DNA of 64,000 nucleotides from a virus (lineage: Duplodnaviria; Caudoviricetes), in IMG/VR virus record IMGVR_UViG_3300000203_000004, positions 1-64,000 of that record; one strand, given 5' to 3'. Positions 31,195 through 40,912 of the stretch are shown here, in pieces. Within the stretch, counting starts at the first letter, position 1; every line of letters starts with the position of its first letter. Under the pieces are notes generated by a model that was not told the origin of the DNA, did not search any database, and saw only the letters and a program-made list of their open reading frames with translations. The translations under genes and the position numbers were made by a program.

Positions 31195-32697
31195 TTAAAT
31201 GTCAATTCCTAATCGTCCAAACAATATTTTCTTATACTGTTGGACGAAGGTGCATTTTTCGTCGGAAATGATATCCCAGTTAACTGTATCAGCAGTTGTG
31301 TTTTGCACGTATTCCTCTGAGTATCCGAGATTCTTTAAACCAAACCCAAGGTGGCCACTGATATAAAAACGAGGATTCTGAGCGACAACAGACATATAAT
31401 CAGCTGCCATTTGTTTAGCGATATCATACGTCATATGTTTGCTTTTCCAATTAATAAATGTGGGTGATTGGGCGGTCATATCTTCCGCGTAACCGTATTT
31501 CAAATAGTTCTTTTCCAAGTCACTTGGAAACGGGTTTCTTTCTGCTCTGGCAATACCTAACCCATTAAATACTACCGTGTGTAACGGGATAGTTTCATTC
31601 ATTATATCATTGTATGTTTTTTCTACAGACTCCACTGCTTCTTCAGGTAGACCTATTATAAAACTACCATGCAGACTCAAACTATTGCCGTACTTATGCC
31701 GTATATTTGATATCATTGCAATTTGCTTTGACCTGTCATATCCTTTACCTATTATTAATCCTGTTTTTCTATTTAGAGTTTCTATACCGAAGTACATTGC
31801 ACGGAGACCAATATCATATAACTTTTCAAGAGTAGCAGGATTTCTTGCAATAAGGTCTAATCGGGCATAGCACCAAAATTTTGGTTGGAACGGCAATCTC
31901 TTCACCACTGACAACATGATATCTAATTTAGGTTCATTATCATTGAATGTGTCATCTAATAACAGGTAATCAGTAACCCCAAATGTATAATAATTGGTTA
32001 ACATTTCTTCATATAAAATGTCAGCGGGACGTATGAAGTCTAAATTTTGTTTTCCATTCATTGGATACGAACAGAACTTACATCTAAATATGCACCCGCG
32101 TGCAATTTCAATAGGCAATACTTTCATATTAGCAACATCATGCTCTCCCCATTTAAATGGAGAGTTAACAAAGTCGTGATTCGACCCGGTGCGGTCGTCT
32201 ACGATTATAGTTCCTGACAAGCTGCGGTAACTACCAGGCATTTTATCACCGTGACGCAAATGATTAGCAAGAGACACGATTGAAGCCTCAGCGTAACCTA
32301 TAACCGAGTAATCAATACCCGATCCGTTTTGTATTGCATGAGGTAAATTCCCACCAGTTACTATTTTGCACCGCGGATTGAGTTGCCGTATCAACTCAAC
32401 CATACTATCCTCAGTTTCACGGCCTTGCGGTACCACTGAGTTTGAAAGGCGTTTATACTGACTAGGTGTATCTATAGACATCATAAAAGTTGTACTGACA
32501 CCTACAAACAACGTTCGATCGGTGATAACTTTTGTCAACATTGTATCTAGTTCAGCTGGTGTAAACCCACTCAGATGGTCTACTACTAAGCATTCATACC
32601 CTGCTTGTCGCAAACTATAAGCACATTTATATGCACCTATTGCGCGACCTACATAATGCAAACTAGTAATGTCAGTAAAGATAATTACATCGTACAT
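31195..32697 (-). CDS. B12-binding-like radical SAM protein
   Basis: RGCIFRCKFC (CxxxCxxC); DDTFND; FGIET. Confidence 0.88.
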   Translation of the reverse strand: MYDVIIFTDITSLHYVGRAIGAYKCAYSLRQAGYECLVVDHLSGFTPAELDTMLTKVITDRTLFVGVSTTFMMSIDTPSQYKRLSNSVVPQGRETEDSMVELIRQLNPRCKIVTGGNLPHAIQNGSGIDYSVIGYAEASIVSLANHLRHGDKMPGSYRSLSGTIIVDDRTGSNHDFVNSPFKWGEHDVANMKVLPIEIARGCIFRCKFCSYPMNGKQNLDFIRPADILYEEMLTNYYTFGVTDYLLLDDTFNDNEPKLDIMLSVVKRLPFQPKFWCYARLDLIARNPATLEKLYDIGLRAMYFGIETLNRKTGLIIGKGYDRSKQIAMISNIRHKYGNSLSLHGSFIIGLPEEAVESVEKTYNDIMNETIPLHTVVFNGLGIARAERNPFPSDLEKNYLKYGYAEDMTAQSPTFINWKSKHMTYDIAKQMAADYMSVVAQNPRFYISGHLGFGLKNLGYSEEYVQNTTADTVNWDIISDEKCTFVQQYKKILFGRLGIDI

Positions 32698-33842
32698 TAT
32701 GAGCCCACACTATAACTTTTAGTAAAAATACCACATACACCTTTATAAATGGTCCCATCGTGCTTCCAATTCGTCGGAACTAACTTGTCCAGTTGGTCCA
32801 TACTATTTTTCCAATTTTTAAGATATTCGGCCGCCGGGTCCCTAAAGAAGAATTCATCCCAGGGAAACGCCACTGAGATAGTTGTAAATTTATCAGGATT
32901 GAAGTTCAACTTGAACTGCCTCTGATATATGATGTTACCGATGAAATCGTGAAATCCCCGGTTCCGCGTGTTGTTCATCTTGTTGGGATTTATGTTGTGT
33001 AGTTTAATATAATTCTTTATGGCATGGGCTTGTTTAGATATCATCGGACCAGTAGACGCTGCCCAATAAAATGGTTCCTGGTACACCGGCAAATCTACCG
33101 CAGATGCTCGTCCGGGGAAAAACATACCTAAAAACTTATCAAGAAATCGGAGCTTGAATTCACCGTTCTCTACAAACATCATTGGCTTATCAACACCCAA
33201 TATATGTCCCACTCTCTTGCCCGACTCTACTAACTGTTTATGTCCAGGATCAAGAATATCACTATCAGCCCGTGTGATCAAACTTGAAGGAGAGAAATTA
33301 GCTCCGCGCCTATTAGGTGAGCAGAAGTTGTCCGCATTATTCTCTGTTGAGAAATAATCTAAAACACCAGAGGTAACATCCTTTACATTGATTACTAGAT
33401 CGGGATAATAAGTCTCCTTTACATGTTGTGCAATAGGGTACGCATTAAAATAAACCTCAGCAAACATGTTGGAGGCGCGAGTATCAGTTATGTCATTGTT
33501 CGCAGTAGTAAGCGGGCCACGCAAGTATACTTCTTCAAGCGGAATCTTGTTTTTAACGAATGTTTCTAAGATGTTGTTTGAATCCCATCCGCCGCTGTAG
33601 TGGAGAATTAAGTAGTCGTACTTGTTCCTTATTTCCCATGCTCGTTTTGCATACAACTGTTCTAGTGTTTCATCCGGCTCGACCATCCAATTAAGTTTAT
33701 CATACGAGGTGTCATTAAAGATAAACACCGGGCGCGTTCCTATTGCTTCTGCTGCCAGAATAGCCTCTATCTTGTTGAAATATATCACAGAGTTAACGGT
33801 GTAATAACCGTAGTCCCCTTCATTGCTGTCGTACTTGTTCAT
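32697..33842 (-). CDS. PP-loop (adenine nucleotide alpha-hydrolase) protein
   Basis: LHYSGGWDS; G.DKP. Confidence 0.75.
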   Translation of the reverse strand: MNKYDSNEGDYGYYTVNSVIYFNKIEAILAAEAIGTRPVFIFNDTSYDKLNWMVEPDETLEQLYAKRAWEIRNKYDYLILHYSGGWDSNNILETFVKNKIPLEEVYLRGPLTTANNDITDTRASNMFAEVYFNAYPIAQHVKETYYPDLVINVKDVTSGVLDYFSTENNADNFCSPNRRGANFSPSSLITRADSDILDPGHKQLVESGKRVGHILGVDKPMMFVENGEFKLRFLDKFLGMFFPGRASAVDLPVYQEPFYWAASTGPMISKQAHAIKNYIKLHNINPNKMNNTRNRGFHDFIGNIIYQRQFKLNFNPDKFTTISVAFPWDEFFFRDPAAEYLKNWKNSMDQLDKLVPTNWKHDGTIYKGVCGIFTKSYSVGS

Positions 33843-33843
33843 G

Positions 33844-34770
33844 TTATTCTACCCGGTGAATGCCGATTTGTTCTCGTATTTTATTAATTCTGTGATATTC
33901 TTTATCAAGTGATGCATGAGTGTACGAGGGTTTAACTATTTCAAAATTAGTAGTTGCAAGAGAGTCAATAAACCTAGGGTCACTGTACATATCCGATAAT
34001 AGTTTCAACATAGGGTCTTTGATACTGCCCGGGGTATTAACTAAGATGCCGACACCAAACCAATTATAGAACTCATACCCAGGAATCGTAGTTTTTATCA
34101 ATGAAATCTCGGGCAGTGCATGATCAGGTTCGCCGGCGGCGATAGCGATTATTTTCAGACGATGTTCAATGTGCGCTGTTTTGTATGAGGCGAATGTGTC
34201 TATCGCACAATTAATGTGTCCACCTAATAACGAGGTCAACACATCTGCGCCGCCCTTAAAGGGGATCATTTCTAATTTAGACAGTGACAGAGTTGATTTT
34301 AGATACTCGGCGGAAAATGCACTGCCCTGATTACTTGTCCCGCAATTCATTGCGGTGTTCTTTGATGCTACAACAAAATCTTGAAAGTTGTTAATCTTAC
34401 TATTCATCGGAACAATTATTGCAGTCGGTGTTCTGACTACTGGAGTTACTAGGTCAAAGTCTGTGTAATCGTACCCAGGATTAGTAGTTAACGCTTTGTT
34501 AAACACAAGAAACCCGGTGCTGACAATTACGATGCTGGAGCCGTCGGGTTGTCTGGTAAGTGCATATCTGCCGCCTATTCGTCCATCTGCGCCTGGCTTG
34601 TTGACAACTACAACCGGGCGGGCTATACGTTCCATTAAATATCGCTGAGTTGCCCGCGCGAATACATCTGTGGGGCCGGCAGCGGGCCAAGACGCGATAA
34701 TTTCCAATGGTTGAGCCCATCCCGTAATAGCACAGAGAAGCAGAAGGATCGTTAAAACTTTTTTCATCAA
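33844..34770 (-). CDS. tripartite tricarboxylate transporter substrate-binding protein (TctC/Bug)
   Basis: Signal peptide; PAAGPTD..AR; NKPGA.G; PFKGG. Confidence 0.85.
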   Translation of the reverse strand: MMKKVLTILLLLCAITGWAQPLEIIASWPAAGPTDVFARATQRYLMERIARPVVVVNKPGADGRIGGRYALTRQPDGSSIVIVSTGFLVFNKALTTNPGYDYTDFDLVTPVVRTPTAIIVPMNSKINNFQDFVVASKNTAMNCGTSNQGSAFSAEYLKSTLSLSKLEMIPFKGGADVLTSLLGGHINCAIDTFASYKTAHIEHRLKIIAIAAGEPDHALPEISLIKTTIPGYEFYNWFGVGILVNTPGSIKDPMLKLLSDMYSDPRFIDSLATTNFEIVKPSYTHASLDKEYHRINKIREQIGIHRVE

Positions 34771-34802
34771 ATATTTATTCTAATCTTAGTCGCAACATAA
34801 AA

Positions 34803-35010
34803 AGGTGTCCCGGCGACTCCACCACAGAGTCCCGGGACAGGGCTATTGAGCCATTCATCTAATATCTGTCACGTTTGGCCAAATTAGAAATGACCTACGA
34901 TTTTTCCAGGCTCCCCACGATGGGACTATGAGGCGGATCGTAAGCGCCGGGCAACTATGGTCTCTTGCCTAACCCACTTCACATAACGGAAAAGTGTACT
35001 CCGGGTTTTC
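34803..35010 (-). ncRNA. candidate structured ncRNA / cis-element
   Basis: ORF-free ~200 nt with several GC helices (GGCAA/TTGCC, TACGAT/ATCGTA, GTCCCGG..GACTC/GAGTC..CCGGGAC). Confidence 0.45.
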
Positions 35011-35379
35011 TTATTTTCGTCGCTTTATTGCTACTGTTAAAATATAATTACTCAAAACATCTAAATCTTCAGTAGACCAATTATTAAATCCATACGCGGT
35101 GTTCAGAAAGTCTTTGGCACGACAGAATGCTTGTTTCTGATCTTTATCCGGGGCTGAACTAAATGCATAATACAATATTGAATTGCCGGCTACTTCTCCA
35201 TTTTCCGATTTTTTCCGGGCCCGCTCTGACCTGGCATATTGTTTAAGATGTTTAAGATACGCTGACTTAAACCGGAATACCAATCCCGTCCTTGGGCATT
35301 TAAAGCCATTGAATACTCGTCCAGAGTATTCAACTGGTTCCTGGTTAGCAGGGTTGATGACTATATCTATCTTTGGCAT
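35011..35379 (-). CDS. hypothetical protein
   Basis: FKCPRTG...KSAYLKHLK (zinc-finger-like remnant). Confidence 0.55.
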   Translation of the reverse strand: MPKIDIVINPANQEPVEYSGRVFNGFKCPRTGLVFRFKSAYLKHLKQYARSERARKKSENGEVAGNSILYYAFSSAPDKDQKQAFCRAKDFLNTAYGFNNWSTEDLDVLSNYILTVAIKRRK

Positions 35380-35505
35380 AATATGATTATACTACTTTCT
35401 ACAAAAAAATCAAGTGTTTTGGTAAGTGTGATAAATAAAAGTGTAGTTCGCGGAATGGGGATTCCCAACTACTCTAACTGTATTATCTTAGAAAGGACAA
35501 TCAGC

Positions 35506-36207
35506 ATGAATATTTATAAACTTTACGTTAAGACCCATAAAATTACCGGATTGAAATATCTTGGCCAAACAACAGAGATAGATCATTTTAAGTATACAGG
35601 GTCAGGAGTATACTGGAAAAGCCATCTAAAGGTTCATGGGTTCGAACACGATACTGAAATAATTAAAGAATGCCAAACTAAAGATGAAATCCGATTTTGG
35701 GGAGAACACTACAGCAATCTATGGGATGTAGTAGAAAGTAATGATTGGGCAAATCTAAAATCAGAAAGCGGAGAGGGTGGTGCATATTTTGGTCATCAGA
35801 TGACAGTCAAGACACGAGCCTTGCAGGCTGAAAAGGCAAAGCAACGTTTGAAACAATCGTGTCCGCACTGCGGCATTACCTGTTCAATTAGTCACTTTAA
35901 ACGATGGCACGGTGATAACTGCAAACTGGTCGCTTCCCCGGAAAAACTTATCGACCGTATTAGTCCGCTCCGATTGCAGAAAATAACCTGTCAACACTGC
36001 GGTAAAACAGTGCTGCCCTGCAGGTATAAAGAGTTGCACGGAGATAACTGTAGTCAAAATCCTGTAAATATCAACACCCGAATAACCGAACATGTTAAGC
36101 GAATGGAGGAAAGGGCAGTATACTCTTGCATATACTGCCCATCTTCTACTAAAAATAAGACCAACTACTTACGGTGGCATGGTCCCAATTGTAAGCACAA
36201 ACCTTAA
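35506..36207 (+). CDS. GIY-YIG homing endonuclease with Zn-ribbon repeats
   Basis: LYVKTH..KYLG..Y.GSG; 3x CxxC...HGxNC. Confidence 0.85.
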   Translation: MNIYKLYVKTHKITGLKYLGQTTEIDHFKYTGSGVYWKSHLKVHGFEHDTEIIKECQTKDEIRFWGEHYSNLWDVVESNDWANLKSESGEGGAYFGHQMTVKTRALQAEKAKQRLKQSCPHCGITCSISHFKRWHGDNCKLVASPEKLIDRISPLRLQKITCQHCGKTVLPCRYKELHGDNCSQNPVNINTRITEHVKRMEERAVYSCIYCPSSTKNKTNYLRWHGPNCKHKP

Positions 36208-37616
36208 ACGTTATATCTCGTGGCCATAACTGCCTTCAGCATTATGGCCTCGGGCGTTATTCCGTCCATGTCCGCTGACAAAATAGTTTGGGCAATTGCG
36301 GGACTAAATCCTGACACTAACGCGGTACCGCGTTCATCAAAACGTACTGGCACATTAGCACCTGCATTCAAGTTCCAGAAAATAACGTTGGGAACTACAT
36401 ACCCCGCATCCGCATACTTACGACGGATCATCTCAATCGCGCTATCATCAAATTTCAAGCATTGATCCATTTGCATGTCGCTGAAGATTACCAGAGTACC
36501 TGGCATATCCGCTGCCGGCACCTTGCTTGCCACCGCAGTGTCAAGGATCTTCGCAAAGGCCTTGTTCAGGTCAGTGTTCATCTGCCAATCAGTATTGACC
36601 ATTTGGTCGATCTTCTCGTTGATGTTGCCCTTCAGCTTCACCAATTGCGGGCTGTCGCTGAATGTCAGCATACAGTCCTTGAAGGCGCCGCGACCCTTGT
36701 CAGCGAAGTACAGTCCCAGAGAGACTGCGATTTCCAAACAAGTTGTCGAACCCGTTTGACCTGCCTTGCAAGTCATAGAACCCGACACGTCAACCAGAGG
36801 CAACACTGATGCGTCACCGATGTAGTTCGGCAGAGCCGCCCATTGCGCTTCGATCACATCCAATTCTTGCTTGGACATCGGCACACTGTATCCAGTGATC
36901 CGACCCTTCAGGACATCGTGCGGGAAGATTGCCGAGGCATTGATCTTCACATCAGCGTCACCCTTGACCAACTTGGTCACGTATTCGGCGTATGTCGTGC
37001 CATGACGACCAAAGGACTTTTTGTACCTGGCATGCGCCACAGACGGTACATGACTGTAGTTGATAGTATCCCACGAACCCGAACACATTGCCGTTTCGAC
37101 CACGTTGGTCATGCCAACTAGAGTCTTGCGGTATTGCTTCGGGGTCATGCCGAAGAACTTACGGATTTCCGCAGCCACTTCGCCCTTACGCGGAGTCCAC
37201 TTTGCAGCCAGACCGTTACGAGCGCGGAGCGCATCGCCCAACAGCGTATATGCCTTGTCCTTCATCGGCTTGGTCTTGAAGATCAACAGGTCATCGAAAC
37301 GACCCAGTTCCGGAACCTTAGCCAACAGCTTTGCGGCCGCCTCAGGGTTTGCCGTTTCCAGGTGCGTCAGAATTTGACGGAATACTTCGCGCTCACCTGC
37401 GCCACCGCGGGCATCACGTGCCCATGCTGCGATACGCAGCGCCAGGTCGTCATTCTCCACGAAAGCCGCAGTGAATTGCGGGATGATGTTCTTGCCGCGG
37501 CTTGCACCGATAGCGAAAAACAGGTCTACACAGGCATTAGCCGTAGACTTACGTGCCTTCATACCGTTTTCGGTACGGGCGGATTGATTTGCGATTGCGT
37601 TAACAAATGCGTTCAT
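36204..37616 (-). CDS. DUF2828-type TROVE-vWA protein (Ro60-like architecture)
   Basis: TENG, RD.RGG.GER, AAKW.PR N-terminal region; vWA MIDAS DVSGSM, FSDM, FWNL, SGFSP. Confidence 0.8.
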   Translation of the reverse strand: MNAFVNAIANQSARTENGMKARKSTANACVDLFFAIGASRGKNIIPQFTAAFVENDDLALRIAAWARDARGGAGEREVFRQILTHLETANPEAAAKLLAKVPELGRFDDLLIFKTKPMKDKAYTLLGDALRARNGLAAKWTPRKGEVAAEIRKFFGMTPKQYRKTLVGMTNVVETAMCSGSWDTINYSHVPSVAHARYKKSFGRHGTTYAEYVTKLVKGDADVKINASAIFPHDVLKGRITGYSVPMSKQELDVIEAQWAALPNYIGDASVLPLVDVSGSMTCKAGQTGSTTCLEIAVSLGLYFADKGRGAFKDCMLTFSDSPQLVKLKGNINEKIDQMVNTDWQMNTDLNKAFAKILDTAVASKVPAADMPGTLVIFSDMQMDQCLKFDDSAIEMIRRKYADAGYVVPNVIFWNLNAGANVPVRFDERGTALVSGFSPAIAQTILSADMDGITPEAIMLKAVMATRYNV

Positions 37617-37629
37617 TTTACTTTCCTTT

Positions 37630-37683
37630 ACAGATTAATGCTCTTACGAGCGGGTTTAATGATTTGATGCTGTGATTAATCTA
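37630..37683 (-). ncRNA. CAGCA-helix RNA copy 1 (5' UTR of the TROVE-vWA gene)
   Basis: AGATTAAT-CACAGCA...ATTAATCTG, followed directly by SD AAAGGAAAG. Confidence 0.7.
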
Positions 37684-37693
37684 ATCAGTGCTT

Positions 37694-37722
37694 ATTATAG
37701 CACTATTCTTCTTTGTTGTCTA
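37694..37722 (-). promoter_or_regulatory. sigma70-type promoter
   Basis: TAGACA-17-TATAAT, start just before RNA copy 1. Confidence 0.7.
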
Positions 37723-37743
37723 CTCTCGGGTTGCCCAAAAGTT

Positions 37744-38008
37744 AACAGGATGATCAAACGAGAGTTTATTTATTTTCTGGTCGGCCCCTACTCATGCGAG
37801 ATTTTTGTTTCACGACCCTATCAACAATTCATGTTGCCTACTTGGTGTAATTTTTCTACCACCAACAATATATTCGGTACTTTGCCGACCTAGCTATTCC
37901 TTCTGCGTATCTGATATTTCGCAAATAGTAGATATGTACTTTTCAGTCCACCCCTACAGGCACATTCTATAGCAGTAGCGTTAGGTTTTTAATGCTGAAC
38001 TCATCCTA
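37744..38008 (-). ncRNA. CAGCA-helix RNA copy 2 (large cargo)
   Basis: AGGATGA-GTTCAGCA...TCATCCTGTT. Confidence 0.7.
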
Positions 38009-38013
38009 GATTT

Positions 38014-38183
38014 AACAGGTTAGTGTTTAGCAGCTAGTTTAACCAGGGCTACAAATCCTGGGCGAGAGAACCGTCTGCCTTTCGGCGTGTCTATGTCTGC
38101 TTCAAAGCCAATTAAGGCTCCACAAACATAGCGCGACTAAGTCCTTTCAGATCATAGTTAATGATGTTGCTGAACCTAACCTA
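38014..38183 (-). ncRNA. CAGCA-helix RNA copy 3
   Basis: AGGTTAG-GTTCAGCAA...CTAACCTGTT. Confidence 0.7.
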
Positions 38184-38188
38184 AATAT

Positions 38189-38297
38189 AACAGAATCGTT
38201 TTTCATATTTTGACATGATATGAAACATGTGTCGTATAGTTAGGCCTTTCGGCGTAAGTCATACAATTAGAATGTTTTTATTGCTGTACCGATTCTA
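38189..38297 (-). ncRNA. CAGCA-helix RNA copy 4
   Basis: AGAATCG-GTACAGCAA...CGATTCTGTT. Confidence 0.7.
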
Positions 38298-38316
38298 AAT
38301 TTCTTATTAAGCATGA

Positions 38317-38345
38317 ATTATAACACCGAATGTCTTACTTGTCAT
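38317..38345 (-). promoter_or_regulatory. sigma70-type promoter for the RNA cluster
   Basis: ATGACA-17-TATAAT with extended -10. Confidence 0.65.
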
Positions 38346-38361
38346 GCTTTTTGGGTAAACG

Positions 38362-38568
38362 TCAGGTGCGTTGACCCACTTTTTTCAGATATTCGCGACC
38401 AATGAATCCTTGCTCAATCTCTTTCAGAGCCTTGACCATTGGTCCATTGTTAGTTGTGACGTACGGGAGATGTCCTCGTTTGATTTCTCGGGCCCGAATA
38501 GATGCGATAAGCACCAAGTCATACCGATTACCAACCATATTCTTTGCTTCTTCTGCACTGAGTCCCAT
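38362..38568 (-). CDS. rpoZ: RNA polymerase omega subunit homologue
   Basis: VGNRYDLVLIAS.RAREI...AL.EI. Confidence 0.85.
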   Translation of the reverse strand: MGLSAEEAKNMVGNRYDLVLIASIRAREIKRGHLPYVTTNNGPMVKALKEIEQGFIGREYLKKVGQRT

Positions 38569-38644
38569 GACATTCCTTGTAGTTAAAGAATGAATTATAC
38601 ACGAAGTCTGTTATAAAGTAAATCTGTTTGGGCGGAGATCGGAT

Positions 38645-39793
38645 TTACTGCCAAATATTTGGGCAAGTGTATATTAACGAGTAGTCAGATTCAATTCCGA
38701 ATAATCGGTTTGATTTCTTTATCTGTGGATTCAACGGGGTGGAATCAATCTTGCGCTTATTTAAGTAATAATCAATATCGTTATTGTACGAATAGATATA
38801 TTTTTTAATGGATATCTTATGTGTTGCAACGGTATCACCTATTTTCTGATTGGTACCGATAGTGCTTACTGCCCAATTTTGATACTCTTTCGTATTAAAG
38901 AATATCACCAGGTTCTCTTCCAGATACTTTCTAACATCAGGTACTGATAGCATCTGAAAGGACCAGACAGAGTTGAAAAAGTTAAGATCGTATCCCCAGT
39001 TGAAATCTATCCACCAAAGAAAATCATATACTGATTCAATCTGGAAGCAGGTGAGTGAATTTTCTATGTAGCCCATCACGAATTTCCCCGCAGCTTCGCC
39101 GGCGGCACAGGAAAAGAATTTAAGTAGCTGATCTTTATGATTTGCCCACGGTTTATGATATATTCCTGGGAACATTTTATCAAATTTATAAATCTCAGAG
39201 AAGCCTAGAATAGGGTCTCCGCAGTCACCGGTTATAAACATAGCATCATTTGAAAATCGTTTGGTGCCGGCAAAGAACTCATCAGTGCTGCATTCTTTAA
39301 ATCGCCCGTTGATAAGTGACTGGTACATTGCCGGATATTCATTAATTGAGTTATTATTCAACACTATCGTTACCTTATCCAATGAGGATACACTCCAGTT
39401 TTTGAGCATAGCACACAACACGGCACTAGAGTCTATGCCACCAGACCAGAATAAGTATACCTCCTGATAAGCTTCTGCCCTCTTCTCCACATCACATGCT
39501 CTCTGATCAGTGACCATATCAAATGATACATATGTAGGACTCAAGTCAGGAAATTGATGTAGTAGTGGATTGGTTGTAAGCCTATAGAAATAGTTAGACC
39601 TATCAAAACGTGGGTAGGCGCATGATTCCCCAACGTAGTACCCAAATCGCAACTCATTGAACACTTGACTGCTTAGAGTAGATTCTAAATGATTGTAGTT
39701 TTTCGGGTTCAGGATCACCGTAGGATTGACGAAGATGAATTCCTTATCCTGCATTGGCAAGGAAGTACCTTCCTCCATCAAAATGTTACTCAT
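38645..39793 (-). CDS. PP-loop / asparagine-synthase-like protein
   Basis: FWSGGIDS; TGDCGD. Confidence 0.75.
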   Translation of the reverse strand: MSNILMEEGTSLPMQDKEFIFVNPTVILNPKNYNHLESTLSSQVFNELRFGYYVGESCAYPRFDRSNYFYRLTTNPLLHQFPDLSPTYVSFDMVTDQRACDVEKRAEAYQEVYLFWSGGIDSSAVLCAMLKNWSVSSLDKVTIVLNNNSINEYPAMYQSLINGRFKECSTDEFFAGTKRFSNDAMFITGDCGDPILGFSEIYKFDKMFPGIYHKPWANHKDQLLKFFSCAAGEAAGKFVMGYIENSLTCFQIESVYDFLWWIDFNWGYDLNFFNSVWSFQMLSVPDVRKYLEENLVIFFNTKEYQNWAVSTIGTNQKIGDTVATHKISIKKYIYSYNNDIDYYLNKRKIDSTPLNPQIKKSNRLFGIESDYSLIYTCPNIWQ

Positions 39794-40685
39794 GTTTCAC
39801 CGAACATCTTCTTGTCGCAGTATGTGGCAGTTAGCCAATCATAATTAATCTGAGCTTGGCGGGATAACTCATTGAAGTCCCACTCCTGAGGCGCAGTGAT
39901 CTTTCTGACTATCGCTGCATGAGTCAATGGTCCAATAGATCGATCTGATTCATTATCCAGCACTGCCGGCAATCCTACAAATGACTTCTTCATAAAATCA
40001 CTGATATTCTTGAACGCACCCAGATTCGAATGAAGTGCCACGATAGATGCATCCGACGGATTGAAGGTCCATTTCAGTTGAATGTGGTGTAACTTACAGA
40101 GGGTTTCTAGGAAAGCAAATCTCTCCTCTAATATATACTGATCATTATGCGGATTTCTTAATCGCTTGTTGGCCGCAAGTTGCATCAACCATACCTCAGC
40201 TTCTTCCTCATCAATCAGTTTAGCTCTTTTCATAAAATTGACTGAGGCTATTCTGCTACTGGCATTATAACAACGACCGGACTTATTAACATACTCGTAT
40301 CCGTCGAAGCGAGGGATCGTCATATATAGATACTTAGGAGCTCCGCACGTCTCAATGAATGCATAAAGACGACGAATCATAGTGGGAAGACCGACTGCCA
40401 TTGATCCTAATAAGATCAGTGGACTACGAGGATGTAGCCGGGAGTGAATCTGCCTAGGCCAATGATTCGATGTGTCGGTTATTTCTGACATCACATCACA
40501 TGACCCTAGAAACACAACATCACTAGGTTGTAATCGGTCGCCAAAATAACCATCGTGATTAACCCCTTCCTTTATACTTTTGTAACCCTGATAGTAATCG
40601 GTCTCACAAAATCAAACACATCAGCCAACACTGTTGCATTATTAAGATACTTACGACCACCGATTGAAACTAATTTAGCAAGCAT
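39790..40685 (-). CDS. hypothetical (SGNH-like) protein, frameshift near 40600
   Basis: MLAKLVS... frame switches to DYYQG...VVFLGSCD; ORF 39790-40515 is the 3' part. Confidence 0.5.
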
Positions 40686-40912
40686 TAAATATTTCCTCCT
40701 AACGGAATTGTTGTTCGAAACTCTTGTTTCAAATAATTGCTTCTGGTATAATGCTGTGGATCCACTCTTCCCACTTTAACAACATATTTTTCATACGGAG
40801 TAAGACTGCGACCAAACTCTCTGCCACCAATAGAATATGTTAGATGGTTATTAAGAGTAAAATTCATCAAGTATTTATTACGACAGCGACACTGATATAA
40901 TTTTTACCAATA

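Noticed and set aside
6393-36207. Group I introns around the homing endonucleases
   Set aside because: The HEGs lie between intact genes; no split host gene or P7-type core was recognised by eye
37630-38297. CRISPR-like array interpretation of the repeated AACAGG...TGCTG...CCTA units
   Set aside because: The repeats are covarying inverted pairs around 40-250-nt interiors, not identical direct repeats with fixed-length spacers; no cas genes in the window
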